Assembly: GCA_964016885.1 (NCBI GenBank)
Contig: OZ024753.1
Span: 6,200,001-6,264,000, forward strand
Reading direction: 5' to 3'
Origin: Eledone cirrhosa
Taxonomy: Eukaryota
DNA: 64,000 nt
Within the stretch, counting starts at the first letter, position 1. Every line of letters begins with the position of its first letter. Both the position numbers and the translations under genes were made by a program. Below the pieces are notes generated by a model, which did no database searches, was not told the origin of the DNA, and saw nothing but the letters and a program-made list of their open reading frames with translations. Positions 26,269 to 39,270 of the stretch are shown here, in pieces.

Positions 26269-28329
26269 TATAATAATCGTTGTTTACTTCGTCTATATAA
26301 TATATTTTATCAAGTCATGAAAACATCGTTTTTCATATGATCCTTTTCGAAAAACATCTTGAAATGCGTTGGTCACCTCTTACTCATCGATTCATTTTAC
26401 TCTTTGCATATACAACTCACCTAAGATGATAACATGATAGAAAACACCACCTTTAAAGAATTGATGGAGAAGAAAGAAAACAGTAATGTAGACGAAAATA
26501 AGACAATTTCACAGCAAGAAATGCCTTGAACACGAACAAATGATATTTTAAATTGTAAACATGAAGAATTGACATTTTAAAAGAAATGTTAACTCGAACA
26601 AGAAAACCAAAAAGTATTTTTCAAACATTATTTACATAGTGAAGCAATATTTACATAGTGAAGCTCTGCGCTTTAACTATTCTGGGTGTTATGATAGATC
26701 GTATGGGACTAAAATTAATGACCCCATGGAAACAAGTTGTGTAATTACATTTCTTCATATCCATATTAAAGATAATTTGACATTTAATTTAGCATAAATT
26801 AAATCATTTCAATACTTTCATCTCTAGTCTTTTTTGTCTGCATATTTTATTAAAACTACTATAAGTTATTTCTTCTTCTCTGTGTAATACGTAATCATTC
26901 TTTGCCTATTGTGATTAATTACTCTGTCTCTGTATGCTAAGGTCTCATAACATATTTAAATTGCCAGGTTTATTAAGATCCTGTTTTAGTTTTCTTCTAC
27001 ATGCGTCTGCGTTGTTGTAACCAACTTTTTAAACTGATCAATCCCATCTAAAAGAAATCTTGCAGTTTCTCGTATTACTTAGACCTAACTATTAACTACA
27101 TCATTTAATGTTTTACCATGTATTTGCTTTGGAAATTATATTTGATCGGTTTAACTAGCATTCCTGCATATATATTCAAGAGGGTAGCGAATATCTGTCG
27201 TACTATGAGAGATTTTGTGGGTTTGAATGAGGTGAATATTTTTCTAGTTGCAGATAACCTAATATTTCTCTTCACTTTGTTAGGCTATGTATTCGATGGA
27301 AAGTATATTTAAAATTATAATCTTGTTTATATCATCCTTGAATTCCGCTTTCGATATTATGGTAAACGTTTTGTAGTAATTTGTAATCTGTGTATGTTAC
27401 ATCCCATCCATTTCGACCACTATTGAATACGGCTTCTTTATAAGAATACAGATTCAAAATCTGAATTTATCTTAGAATTTATCTGTCTAAATATTACTTG
27501 ATATTACATATGATGAAGTGGTAGGAATAGAAAAAGTAATACTTGAGGGTTTGAGATACATTTAGAAAAGATATCCCAAAGGTTATCTAAGTAGAACATT
27601 TCCCTGTAAAACGATTTATGCTTTCAAAACTTTTCCATTATACTTTAGGCGAGTGGTCACCAATTTTAGAAGGCGTTGTTTTACGATTTAGAGGGGTGTT
27701 CGTTTCCCTAGCTTGGCTGCTAGAACATCTCTTCTATTTGTTGCTAGGTGTAGGTAAACAATTAAGCAAAAAGAACATCCCTCGAGATTATATGTACATG
27801 AGCATTTTAATCAGAGCAATAAACAAAACAGGTTATCATATCAGTTGCTCCTTGATTGGTAATTCGTAATTATCATTTCGTGGCGGTGTTCAAATATCCC
27901 GTGACCGCATGGTGTGATATCCCTGTTTCACCACAGTGAAAAGCGTCTACTCGCATCAACACACAAAGTTGAAAAAGAGAGTGTATTCAGCTATATACTG
28001 TATACTGACGTCAGAACGTGAGATCAGAACGAAGGGCAGTTAATCGACTGCCTCCAAAGTCAAAGCTAGGTGGCGTGATCTTCTACAATACCTTAGTACA
28101 AAGGAAAATATAACAAGGAGGCAAAATCTACAAATACATAGATCTACTCTCTACTGATATATTTCTGTGTACAACAAATAACTTAACATTTTACACTCTA
28201 TTCCCATTCACAGTAAAGAGTTTAATTAAGGACGAAACAGCTGTTGTTTTATCTACGTTAAAGGAAGTTATATTATTTTTTTCATTAATTTTATTAATTT
28301 CCTTTCGGTCTTCGTATATATTCCGGTCT

Positions 28330-28376
<47 letters not shown>

Positions 28377-28428
28377 GATTAAGTCAAATATGTAAAATTG
28401 GGCTTCGTTTATTATGAATTATAGATAT

Positions 28429-28483
28429 ACTGCTATATATATTTCGGTGACAGCCATCATTGGCTCTGACCTCTTCAGGCAGT
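28429..28483 (-). ncRNA. Minimal type I hammerhead ribozyme motif (structurally complete)
   Basis: rc: ACTGC-CTGAAGA-GGTCAGAGCCA atga TGGCTGTCACC-GAAA-T ATAT A-TA^GCAGT; 5-bp stem I, stem II 9/11 paired, AUA site. Confidence 0.8.
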
Positions 28484-28689
28484 CCGAATTGGTGTGGAAA
28501 AGACAGGTGCACATGTTGTTGAAGTGTGTTTTACTCCGTCAATACATAGATATGTCCAAATCCTGGTTGTGTTGTTATTCCTCTGAGGAACTGGAATCAT
28601 ATATATATGTATATATATAGGATAACAAGGTATCGTTTCAGGTAATCCAGCTAGAGGTTATGAGTAATATGTCGAGGATATATACGCAT

Positions 28690-28799
28690 CAGTAATCTGA
28701 CGATTTGACTGGGTATCGACTGTAAAGGTCGAGTGATGTAACTTCTAACAATCAGCGGCTTTTAGACTCGCCCGATTAAAGAAACAATTGTTAATACTG
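28690..28799 (+). ncRNA. Type I hammerhead-like motif with long stem II
   Basis: CAGTAAT-CTGACGA-TTTGACTGGGT...GCCCGATTAAA-GAAA-CAATTG-TTA-ATACTG; palindromic stem III AACAATTGTT. Confidence 0.6.
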
Positions 28800-29182
28800 T
28801 AAATAAACCCTATTGTACAGTCGACCATATTCTTTATTCTTTTGGTACAGTTAGGTATATTTAAAAAAGAGGAAAAGAATGACTTCACTTTTAGTTCTAA
28901 ACAATTTGATTTAATTTTATATTATGATTCTACAATTTGGTTTTGTAGATCTAGTAAGTTCTTGGTTAACTTCGGTAGGGATATTTTTAAAGATTCCTGG
29001 TTAACTTTCCTGTAGAAATGTCTTGCATTCGTCGGTGGCGATTGTTTAACTGAGCGAGATGGTTGGAAATAATCTACTTGGCAAAACAATTACGCTAAAA
29101 CTGAATATTTTGTGAAAGAATTTGTTTCGAATAGCTACGATTACAATCACAACTAATAATTATAAACCACTATATTATACCA

Positions 29183-29700
29183 GGGCGGTGGATTGGCAGT
29201 ATCGGGAGAGGGTTGGACGCCATGCTTTCTAGCATAGTTACGTCCCTTTACAGTCTGAGTTCAAATCCCGCCTAGGTTAACTTTGCCTTTCATCCTTACG
29301 GGGTCGATAAAATAAAGTACCAGTAATGTACTGGGTAATTGCTGGCCTTGTGCCTAAAGTAGAAACAATTATATTATTGAGTTCAAATCCCGCCTAGGTT
29401 AACTTTGCCTTTCATCATTACGGGGTCGATCAAATAAAGTACCAGTAATACACTGGGATAATTGCTGGCCTTGTGCCAACAAATAGAAACAATTATATTA
29501 TTGATGTGAAAGCGGCAGATTGGTAGTATTAGTAGAGGGTCAGACCCATGCTTTTCAGCATATAGTTATGGCCCTTTACGGTCTGAGTTCAAATCCCGCC
29601 AAGGGTAACTTTGCCCTTCATCAATACGGAGTCGATAAAATATAGTACCAGTAATGAACTGAGATAAATGCTGGTCTTGTGACAACTGTACAAACAATTA
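29183..29700 (+). mobile_element. Three tandem SINE copies separated by repeated AATTATATTATTGA
   Basis: Copies at ~29183-29367, ~29378-29491 (5'-truncated at the B-box) and ~29510-29697. Confidence 0.92.
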
Positions 29701-29927
29701 TATTATTGATGAGAATAATAATTTATTAGTCACATGGGCTGACATTAAGAAACAATTACATAGGGTACAGAACGGTACAGGATGGTATAATTGTAAATAG
29801 TAATGATTGAGGTGATCTTTATAAAGACCCACTAATTTATCGAACATATCAAATACCCCAGCGATGGAATATAACATACATGCAATACGTTTAACATCGG
29901 AATCATCATACTATTACTACTACTAAA

Positions 29928-30122
29928 TCATTTTACGCAATCATATATGTGTATGTATGTTTAAGTGAACTTATATATACGCATATACACATACAAATAA
30001 GCAATGATTCTACTTCTTAGTACTACTACTAAGAAGTAGAAAAATTGATTATTTGTATGATGTATATGCTTATATATAAGTTCACTTACACACACATACA
30101 CATATATGATTGCGCAAAATGA
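29928..30122. repeat. ~195-bp imperfect palindrome (fold-back or MITE-like)
   Basis: TCATTTTACGCAATCATATATG..AAGTGAACTTATATA..TTCTACTTCTTAGTA mirrored by TACTAAGAAGTAGAA..TATATAAGTTCACTT..CATATATGATTGCGCAAAATGA. Confidence 0.85.
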
Positions 30123-30134
30123 CTTAAATGAATA

Positions 30135-30187
<53 letters not shown>

Positions 30188-31569
30188 ATAAACATATTTG
30201 AATCTTAATTATTTATCGAATCTTCTTTTATCCCGTTCTCCTTTATAAATTTATAATTTTCGCCTGTAAAATAAATCGATATAATTTTCAATATTTCTTG
30301 GAAATTTGATTTTGAAGATTATAGGAAATCTTCAAGAGTAAGGTAGTGATATTCCCTCAATCCTTTCACTTATTTTATTGTTTTTGTCATTGGTTAAATT
30401 TTTGTTGTTCAATTATATTTTTTCCATTTGTTTGTTATTTAGATTTTTCTGCAAATTTATTTCGTCTGCTGGAGGCGTTTTTTGTCGGAACGTTTTAATT
30501 AAAATATATCATAAACACAGGTGAAAACAACTCTAAGCTATAAATGCGAATTGTTGGAAATTTGTTTAAGATAAACAAAGGAATGAAGAATTAAATGATT
30601 AAACAACCTATAAATATATGTAGATTTGTGAGAAGTTTAACATCATCTTACATGTATGTTCATTTATTTAATATTATGTCTTTCAAACCTGAGGTAAATA
30701 ATCAAAGCTTCATAATATTTGATTAAAATATTGTTAAATCTTAATTTCGTTTAGAAATTACGTAGATTATCATTATCATAATTGTAAAAGCTAAACAAAT
30801 TGTAGAAGGAAGAAAATTATGAATCCAGCCTCTGGCAGACGTGTAACATTTATATTTTATACCTTCTATTTGCGAAGTTGTTATTTTACATAAATATATA
30901 TTATGATTTCATCAGCTATCAGGCGACTCAATACATATTGGTGATCATTAATGAAAACAAGTACATAACTGGTATTTTCTGTATGAAACAGAATTTCTTT
31001 TGCAAATAAAACATTTATAGTACTTCTTGTTAGCTTGTCTAATTCACTACATCATGGGGATATGTATGAAGAAATAGTATAGGATATTCTATAGATGCCA
31101 GGTGTTACGACTGTGAGATAGTATCAGCAATTGGAAAAAGAACCAATGAAAACATTGTTTCCTTGGTCCGATCTGACGAGTGTCACCCATTCGGTAAGTG
31201 AATGTGTTGTGGGACCTTGTCATTCGTTTCCGGATATGGATCTGGAATCAATAGTTTCTTAATGTGTACTGATAGACAAATCATTACCAGAATTGTACAA
31301 AGCAAGTAATGAATATCAAATTCCAGATAACTCCACCAACTAATGCAAGTTGATACACTTGTCTATTTCCTGAGTTGTAATGCTTGCTCGGTTGATCCGA
31401 GACTAACTCATTTATTTCTTCCTCTCAAACATATGTATGAATAGTCCCATATCTTCTAATAATCGTAGGGACGCCGTATCGACATTCGGTGTTTCTTGGA
31501 CATTTTAAGCCTCCATGAATCCCGTCTCTCTCTCTCCAGGTCTGAGTAGAGCAGATTTCTTCCAGAGAA

Positions 31570-31670
31570 GAAAAATCGACACCAGTACTAGACTGGTACC
31601 TAATTTTCATCGATCTTGAAAGGATGAAAGGCAAAATTGACCTCGGTGGGGTTTGAACTCAGAGACCCAG
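31570..31670 (-). mobile_element. Degraded SINE fragment
   Basis: rc of core AGGATGAAAGGCAAA.TTGACCTCGG..TTTGAACTCAG. Confidence 0.75.
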
Positions 31671-31939
31671 AATTAAATAGCGATGTTGATTTCGGCCAAA
31701 ATAAAATGGATCTAGTCGGCTCGTTTCAATATCAAAGCTCGCTAGACCACGGATCTTAACGTTTCTAAGGAAGATTACTTACAGACCATATTATACGTGT
31801 CGGAGGTGCTGTGGATGATATATATATATATATATATGCATGGACACAACTGTTACATAGTGTTTCATTTAGGCATAATATTAATATAAGGAGTACATTT
31901 TGTTTTTGAATGTACTACCTTCTGCTACATTTATTTTTG

Positions 31940-31991
<52 letters not shown>

Positions 31992-31994
<3 letters not shown>

Positions 31995-32190
31995 TAAAAT
32001 AACAGATTAACGTTTAAGCAAACAAGCGCTGCTTTCACCCTTAACGGGATCTTCTGAAACTAACAAAGTCAATCTGTAAACGCAGAACTGGATATTTCAA
32101 AAAACGTTGCAACCGGATATATTTGATATATATTTATCCTTATCGAGCCCTCTTTGGATTTTAGTCTTCAATTTTATTATTATTACTATA
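31992..32190 (-). mobile_element. Short (TA)n-embedded element, family W (second copy, inverted, at ~37925-38095), with a hammerhead-like core
   Basis: Shared TGAAGACTAAAATCC.AAGAGGGCTCGATAAGGAT and GTTTCAGAAGATCCCGTTAAGGGTGAA(A)GCAGCG. Confidence 0.65.
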
Positions 32191-32261
32191 TATATATATA
32201 TAAAGTAAATAAAATAAAATAACAGGAGGCTGGACTGGTGTAAATCCTTGAAAGGTTTATT

Positions 32262-32319
32262 ATACTATGATCATTTCAATGACCCGGTTCCATATGAATC
32301 CGGTGATATCATCAGGTAT
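32262..32319 (-). ncRNA. Minimal type I hammerhead ribozyme motif
   Basis: rc: ATAC-CTGATGA-[..CCGGATTC atat GGAACCGG..]-GAAA-TGATCA-TA^GTAT; base of stem II imperfect. Confidence 0.72.
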
Positions 32320-34239
32320 TGGAATATAACAAAGGAATATGTAAAAAACCATGGGTCCGAAAATTCAGAGACAAACAGAACGACTGACCAACTAGCTGCT
32401 CGGCCAGTCGCCCTCATAGTGGTGGCAACTGAATCTACTAATGAACATCTGGTGAGGGGGCGAAGGCTTATAATGCACTACCACCACTCCGTCAAAGAAA
32501 AAGGGAAAGGGAGAAAGAAGTCAGTGTAAGGGTCACGCTACATTCATGCTCAAAAATGCCGCGGAAAAATGCTACTCCAAAGAATCTATAATGGGTGTCT
32601 GTATGGTCTAATGTGTGAACCGAAGATTGGAACGTTAAACTTACGTTGCGAGTTATAGGATGAAATTAAATTAAATTAAAAATATTAAATTGCAAAATGA
32701 TAAATTGAAAAATACGTTATTAGAGAATTAAAAGTTAAGGTAGCGAGATTTATTTATTTAATGTACTTACGGAGAGAGTCTTATATGAAAAAATTCATCA
32801 CGATAAGATATTAGGATGGGATATAGAGTAAAGATTTCGATTGGGAGTCCCAGTCAGCCACCCCCCCCCCCCCCTAAACCCACCACCACCATGAGTCAGC
32901 CAGTCTCGAGTGGTATCGTCCAGCGAAAGAAATGGAAATTAATTTTTCCGAGTACTCTAGGAACGTAGTTACCTTAGCGGGAGCGCTAGCGGGAACTCCA
33001 CAATTTCGACAGGCCATCGTCTATACCAAACGAATACTCTTAAATCACACATGAGAGGTTTATTTACGTACCAGTAGAGGCAATGTACAGCTAATAGTTA
33101 TGCCTAAACCTGGAGTTTATAAGTATAATGTGGCGGTCAAAACAGGCGGCGCGGTGGGACTGGGGCAAAGCCATCCGCTCCGAGTAATTTCGTTTACCGA
33201 AAGAGGAGAAATTTATTTTTCCGAGTACTCAAGGAAGGCTGAACTTTTCGATTGCCCAGCGCGCTGCCGGGAAAAGCCACCACACAAGTCGAAGGTAGCA
33301 ACCCAATGAAATATGCCAATAGACTAAAATTATTTTAAAGTCCCAGTTAGTCTGAAGATGACCATGAATTATAGTAGCTAACAGGTCTTGGCTTAAAACA
33401 AATGAACATTTGACATCGTAAACGGCTTAATTTTCCCAGTTGAAAATAATGTAGTATGTATTATGCAATGTACTGTATAGAACAATTATATATGCTGAAA
33501 CGCCTTACATTATTTTTGGTGACCACAGATTAATTAAAAATATCAAAAATACCAAAACCAATTGCAATTGTGATACATTATCATGATGATCAATCTAGTT
33601 TATGTTTGCAGGGGACGTATTTCGTAATAGTCTAACGCAATGGAAAGGAAAAGTTTCGACCAAGTATAAAGAGATTTTCTGACTATAGGACTAGATTGTA
33701 AAATTTATTGCCAGTCACGTTTCACTGGTTATGTGGACTGATATATATTGACAACACGAAGGTTCTCAACATTTAATTTACACATTATATCAATATCAGT
33801 TAGAGACAAATGTCAAATATATATATATATATAGTCTGTAAATATCAATACAGATACAGACAGATAATTTAAAGGCTACATACAACTATTAATCGTATGA
33901 ATTCCTTAATACAAGTATTTATGTAGACGCATAGAGCAAATATTACTTTGAAAATAATTCCAAATACTCTTGAGTTTATCATATTTTATTTAACACACGT
34001 TTCTTCCATCTTATAAGGATATATATGCAAACAGCTTCACCGGTATGGTTTAATTTTATACAGAATGTGTTTGTTGAGGTAGTAAGCTTATTTATGTATT
34101 ATATGTATTATAAATTCTGATGCATCCAATTACCATCGCAACATGATAGTTGTATATAGCCAGCAGCATATCCCAATGATTGGATAACTGCACCTATGAT
34201 TGCATAAGGATCTGATGAAGTCGCATGTATAACCATATA

Positions 34240-34270
<31 letters not shown>

Positions 34271-34791
34271 CACGGACAGACACGGACAGAGAGAGGAATA
34301 TTTTGAATAAAACCAAAATTAACTGATCCTCCTGTATGTATATGGATATAATGTGATGATGTAAAGCCGAGGAAAAGTGAAATAAATAGTTTTACATCGA
34401 CGACTTCGCCTGTTTCTAAATATATTTATATCATGTAACTTCTCAATATTTACTGACCCGAGGTGAAGTAAAAGAAATGTCAAATACAGTAATTTATATT
34501 CACCGTGAAATAGAAGCCTAGAACAACAAACAAGAAATCATTGAAAAGAAAAGATACATTTTCACTAGACAATCACTTTTATTGCTTAAAATAATTGCGG
34601 TCATTCGGACAATACCTTTTAATATAGATTAATTCAATATAACTCTGTCCATCATAGACATTGAATCTAAAAAGAAAAGTTCAGTTCAACATAATTATAT
34701 AGCCTAGAGTACCATCGAAATTATTCTACCTCACTAAATGAGCAACAGTATTAGAATTTTTAAAAAAACGTGGCATTCACACACAAACTAT

Positions 34792-34857
<66 letters not shown>

Positions 34858-35592
34858 TATATATACATACACACACACACGCACATATATATATATATAT
34901 ACATACACACACACATATATATATATAGATACACAACCACATACACAAACACACAGACACACATATAGATATATATATATAAATATACGAGAATTAATTG
35001 AAAGAGTATTCACCAACTGAACTAAAAAGCATTTTTTTTCTTTTACCTCATAGCTTTCGCCACAAGTGAAGCTGACAAAGATTAAAATCTATTACCCAAT
35101 GATCCTCTCCCTCTCTCTCTTTCTCTCTCTCTCTATAGATAGATAGATAGATAGATATATGTGTGTGTGTGTCATGTAATTAATGAAGCTGAACTAGATC
35201 AGAAATGTTATTTTCCTTTATAGTTTCGTCTTTCGAATTCCCATGAACATTGCAAAAAAAATTATGTATAAATTTTGTATATCAAGAAAATAGTTAAAGA
35301 TGCTGGGCGGAAAATATATTGAAAGTTGTAAAAAGAGTGAGAGGAAAATGATTATTGGTCAATAACTTTTATAAGAGGTATGATAATTTAGAAAGTTTGA
35401 AAGTTTAACGGACAAGTGTGTGAGATAAAAATGGTATAGTGGGTGGAATAAGTATAGAATGCGTAGGTTGCTGAACGAAATGTTTTAGAATGGAGAATAA
35501 AAGGAGAGATCTTTCAAATATGTGAGAGTAGTTGTATAATACAAAAGATCTGCACTGAATTGGCCCAGTAATTGCTGATACCACTTTAATTA

Positions 35593-35766
35593 CCGTATTT
35601 CCCGGCGCCGAAGACGCTTCATAGTCGAGGGCGCACCCTAATTTTGACAACCAAAAATAATAAAAAAATAAAAAATGATAAACAACCTTCGGCCTCCAGG
35701 AGGCATGGTAGATTTCTGAGACCTATTTTAGGAAAAGAGTAGCGTCTTCGACGCCTATAAATACGG
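35593..35766. mobile_element. pogo/Tc1-family MITE with TA TSD
   Basis: TA-CCGTATTTCCCGGCGCCGAAGACGCT ... AGCGTCTTCGACGCCTATAAATACGG-TA. Confidence 0.85.
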
Positions 35767-37249
35767 TAATCTTCAATCATATGTAATTTAAACAATTGAA
35801 AATCCGAAATCTGTACTGTAGCAGCTTCTTTGCATTTTGTTTTTGTCAGTGAATAATCCATAAAAATATGGGAATGTCCATCAATCATCCAAAACTTTGT
35901 GTTAAATACGTCCATACGTAAATGTGGTCAGACCCATCTGTCCAAAAATACACAGGGGAAGATACATAATGTCTATAAAAATGTATTTTATATGAAACAT
36001 TATTTCGGTTGATAAAATATTGTTCACACGTAAAGCTGTTCATCCTAATACACAAATATATGAGCAAGTGTGTGTGCGGGCGGAGGTAAATAAATCACAC
36101 TCGAGTTTCGACTAACTCAATCTTCTATCATGTTTCTCTAGTAAGAATTCCTCCATATCCCTTTTCTGAACATGTTCTACACTTTTCTTCCATACTGTCC
36201 AACACCCTCCTTGAATAATTATATCAGAAACACACATGCATACAAATTCATAAAGAGATATGAACTAAATTATTAGATGAGACTTCTGCCGTAAAGTATG
36301 AATATATTATAAGACCATTTAGCTTAATTAATTAAAATGAATTGCTTATAGAAAACCTTTCGGCAGCTACGTATATGATATAATTTAGTTCTCTGTTCCT
36401 GTGTCTATGCACTCTTCCCTGTTTCCTCTTCAATCTTCACTTAACCCAATCCCGTCCAACTCAGTCTTTCCCACTCCTCAATAGACAATATCATCCTTTT
36501 CAGTTACACATCTTATTACATATCGCTACCATCATTTCTATAGAATCGCAGCTAGTGAATGTGGCATCTAGCTTAACGCAATTTATCTTATACATCATTT
36601 GATGAATGGCTCTGCATCTAGTATCCATTTTAGCTAATCAATCATTAATGAATTTATTAGAGGTTCTTCAACGAAAGGCATGTATTCTCTATTAAACGAC
36701 GGAAATTGATTCATATTGGATATATTCATCAACGCAAGCGAATAGCTTCAGATAGCTGTCCATGTGAGGCAGAGAAATTTTTGAATAAATTTATAATTAT
36801 ATTAATTTAAAATATTAGGCACGGAAGATGATTCATTTACGATTAAAAATAAATTATATCCATAAAGTGTTTCGTTCATTATCTCGCCATCCCTGCCCTC
36901 TCACTGTCTTTCTCTTCATGTACGCACTCACAAACACTTACAGTTATCTATCTATCTATCTATCTATCTATCTCTATCTATCTAGCTCTCTCTCTACCTA
37001 TTTATTTATCTATCTATTTTGGTATCTCTCACACTACATGCATACATGCATACATGCATACACCGTGAATCAAAAAGAATCATCCGAGTTTATTTGCAAT
37101 TTTTACAAATGCTCAGTATGTAAATAACTTTATAAGAATTTATGAAGGTTATGAAAAAGAATATATCTATATTTAGACCTGTATTGTACAAGTTACCACA
37201 TGATTATATAGTCGTTTGTTAATAAATCTCATAATATGGGATACTGATT

Positions 37250-37435
37250 TAAGCACAGGCTAACAATCTTAGGGCAAGTCGTCCAAATCGACCTCCATAC
37301 ATCACTGGTACTTTATTTTATCGGTCCTGTAAGGATGAAAGGCAAATCTAACCTGAACGAGATTTGAACTGAGAATGTAAAGAGACGTAACCCTATGCAT
37401 TTCGTGCGGCGCTCTACAGATACTGCGAATCCACC
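37250..37435 (-). mobile_element. Older SINE subfamily copy
   Basis: rc match to head, B-box and core with variant tail. Confidence 0.8.
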
Positions 37436-37694
37436 ATATAATCCCGTAATATTGATACTGAATCATTTTAGGTGATGGTTAGGCAGACCGAATTGATCCC
37501 ATTTTTAAAGTCTCTAAACTTTATCTGTGTGCCGTCCTGGAAATGTCACAGGATTCTATGCCATGAGATCCCGTTCATATAGAGAGTTTGATTTCTTCAG
37601 AAGAATATTCCCACATGAAGGGAAAATATTGTGGAAATAACTGCCACGCACACAAACACACACATATATATATATATAGATATATATATATATA

Positions 37695-37886
37695 ATAATT
37701 GTTTCTACTTTAGGCACAAGGCCAGCAATCACCCAGTGTATTACTGGTACTTTATTTTATCGACCCCGTAAGTATGAAAGGCAAATTCAACCTTGGCGGG
37801 ATTTGAACTCAGAATGGCAAGGGCCGTAACTCTATGCGTCAAAGCATGGTGTCCGACCCTCTACCAATACTGCCAATTCACCGCCC
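37695..37886 (-). mobile_element. Dominant tRNA-SINE, full length
   Basis: rc consensus match ending in CCGCCC. Confidence 0.92.
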
Positions 37887-38097
37887 TTATATAATAATAA
37901 TATATATTCACCTATATATATATAATAATAATAATAAATGTGAAGACTAAAATCCGAAGAGGGCTCGATAAGGATTATATATATATATATATAAACCGTA
38001 GAGCAAATATTTATTAAAATAAGTTGTTGTTTTTTTGTTTCAGAAGATCCCGTTAAGGGTGAAGCAGCGATTCTTTGCATAAACTTTAATCTGTTAT

Positions 38098-38135
<38 letters not shown>

Positions 38136-38183
38136 GTGTGTGTGTGTGTGTGTGTGTGTGTAATCTTTCTAATTTCTGATTCC

Positions 38184-38217
38184 TTCTCATGAAGGACTAG
38201 CGTCCGAAACGTTAAGA
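38184..38217 (+). ncRNA. Minimal hammerhead-like motif with a core substitution
   Basis: CTCATGA-A-GGAC tagc GTCC-GAAA-CGT-TA; G5->C relative to CUGAUGA. Confidence 0.5.
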
Positions 38218-38394
38218 CCCTCTTCCTGCTATTTCAAGCTTTAAACGAATATATTCCGTCCAAATACTGTATGTTATTGTATTGTAATTTCTGTTTACAT
38301 TTTACACACATTCACACCACACACACCACACACACACACATACACCACCCACATACACATACATATTTTTAAAAAATTAGTAAAAATTTGTGAA

Positions 38395-39270
38395 ATAAAA
38401 CCAGTAGAACATACATGCATACATTAAAAAGATACCTGATTCACAAAAGAGATAAGGATGCAGGCAAAACACCTTGATGTGATAACAAGTGCAGAATTAA
38501 CATCGAAGATGTCACCCATGTCATCAGCAGCTGTCCAAAGATGTCATCGCGATACTATCTCCCTATGAGGCATGATGTAGTGGCGAAAACACTGTACAAT
38601 GCAAACCCCGAGATAGCGCCGATAATAAACACAGTAAAAGATACAGCAATGTGGAAGACATCCATATACATAATATGAAAGAGTACTGGTGGAATGTTCC
38701 AATAAAATGCAGGCATGACAAACTAGATATTATGATATGGGACAGGGAAAAGAAAGCATGCACAGTAGTGGAAGTTAGCTGCCCGGCAGATGCCAATATA
38801 ATATCAAAGATTGGCGAAAAGGAGAATATTTATGCAGAACTGATGAGAAATCTGCAGATACTCCACCCTGATTACACCTTCAGATTTATGCCTGTGATTA
38901 TTGGGGCACTGGGGTATGTTAGTAACTGCCTCAATTCAAATCTTGAGAAGCTGGGCTTCACAGGAACAGAAAGAACACAATTAGTTAGGAAATTACAAGT
39001 ACAGCCCGTTATTGGAACAGTAAAAATATATAAAACATTCCAAAAGTTTTGCATCTAATAACTGCATATATACATGTACAGATACAAAGCATATACACTC
39101 AAAACATACACATTCACACATACAATAACATCCATATCTACACATGCATGCACGCAGACCTGCATACATATCTACCTAGTTGATGCTGTGTAAATTCCAA
39201 TGAGTCTTGTGTCTTCGTTAGAAACCAACTCTGTCTCTCTCTCTATTGGTAAACATTAGTAGAACTATAA
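38395..39270 (+). mobile_element. 3' fragment of an RLE-bearing non-LTR retrotransposon (R4/Dong-like), defective
   Basis: NKCRINIEDVTHVISSCPKMSSRYYLPMRHDVVAKTLYNA (partial CCHC knuckle + RHD), then KLDIMIWDREKKACTVVEVSCP..EKENIYAEL..PVIIGALG (restriction-like endonuclease) to stop at 39058. Confidence 0.85.

Noticed and set aside
26820-27780. Possible decayed minus-strand ORF
   Set aside because: Multiple stops and no motif I can identify
28005-28014. CRE palindrome CTGACGTCAG
   Set aside because: Single short motif with no linked transcription start evidence
31090-31200. Possible exon ending in GTAAGT (also AG/GT-bounded candidates at ~33612, ~62797 and minus ~17850-17877)
   Set aside because: No recognisable protein motif and no consistent exon chain; splice-like words are common by chance
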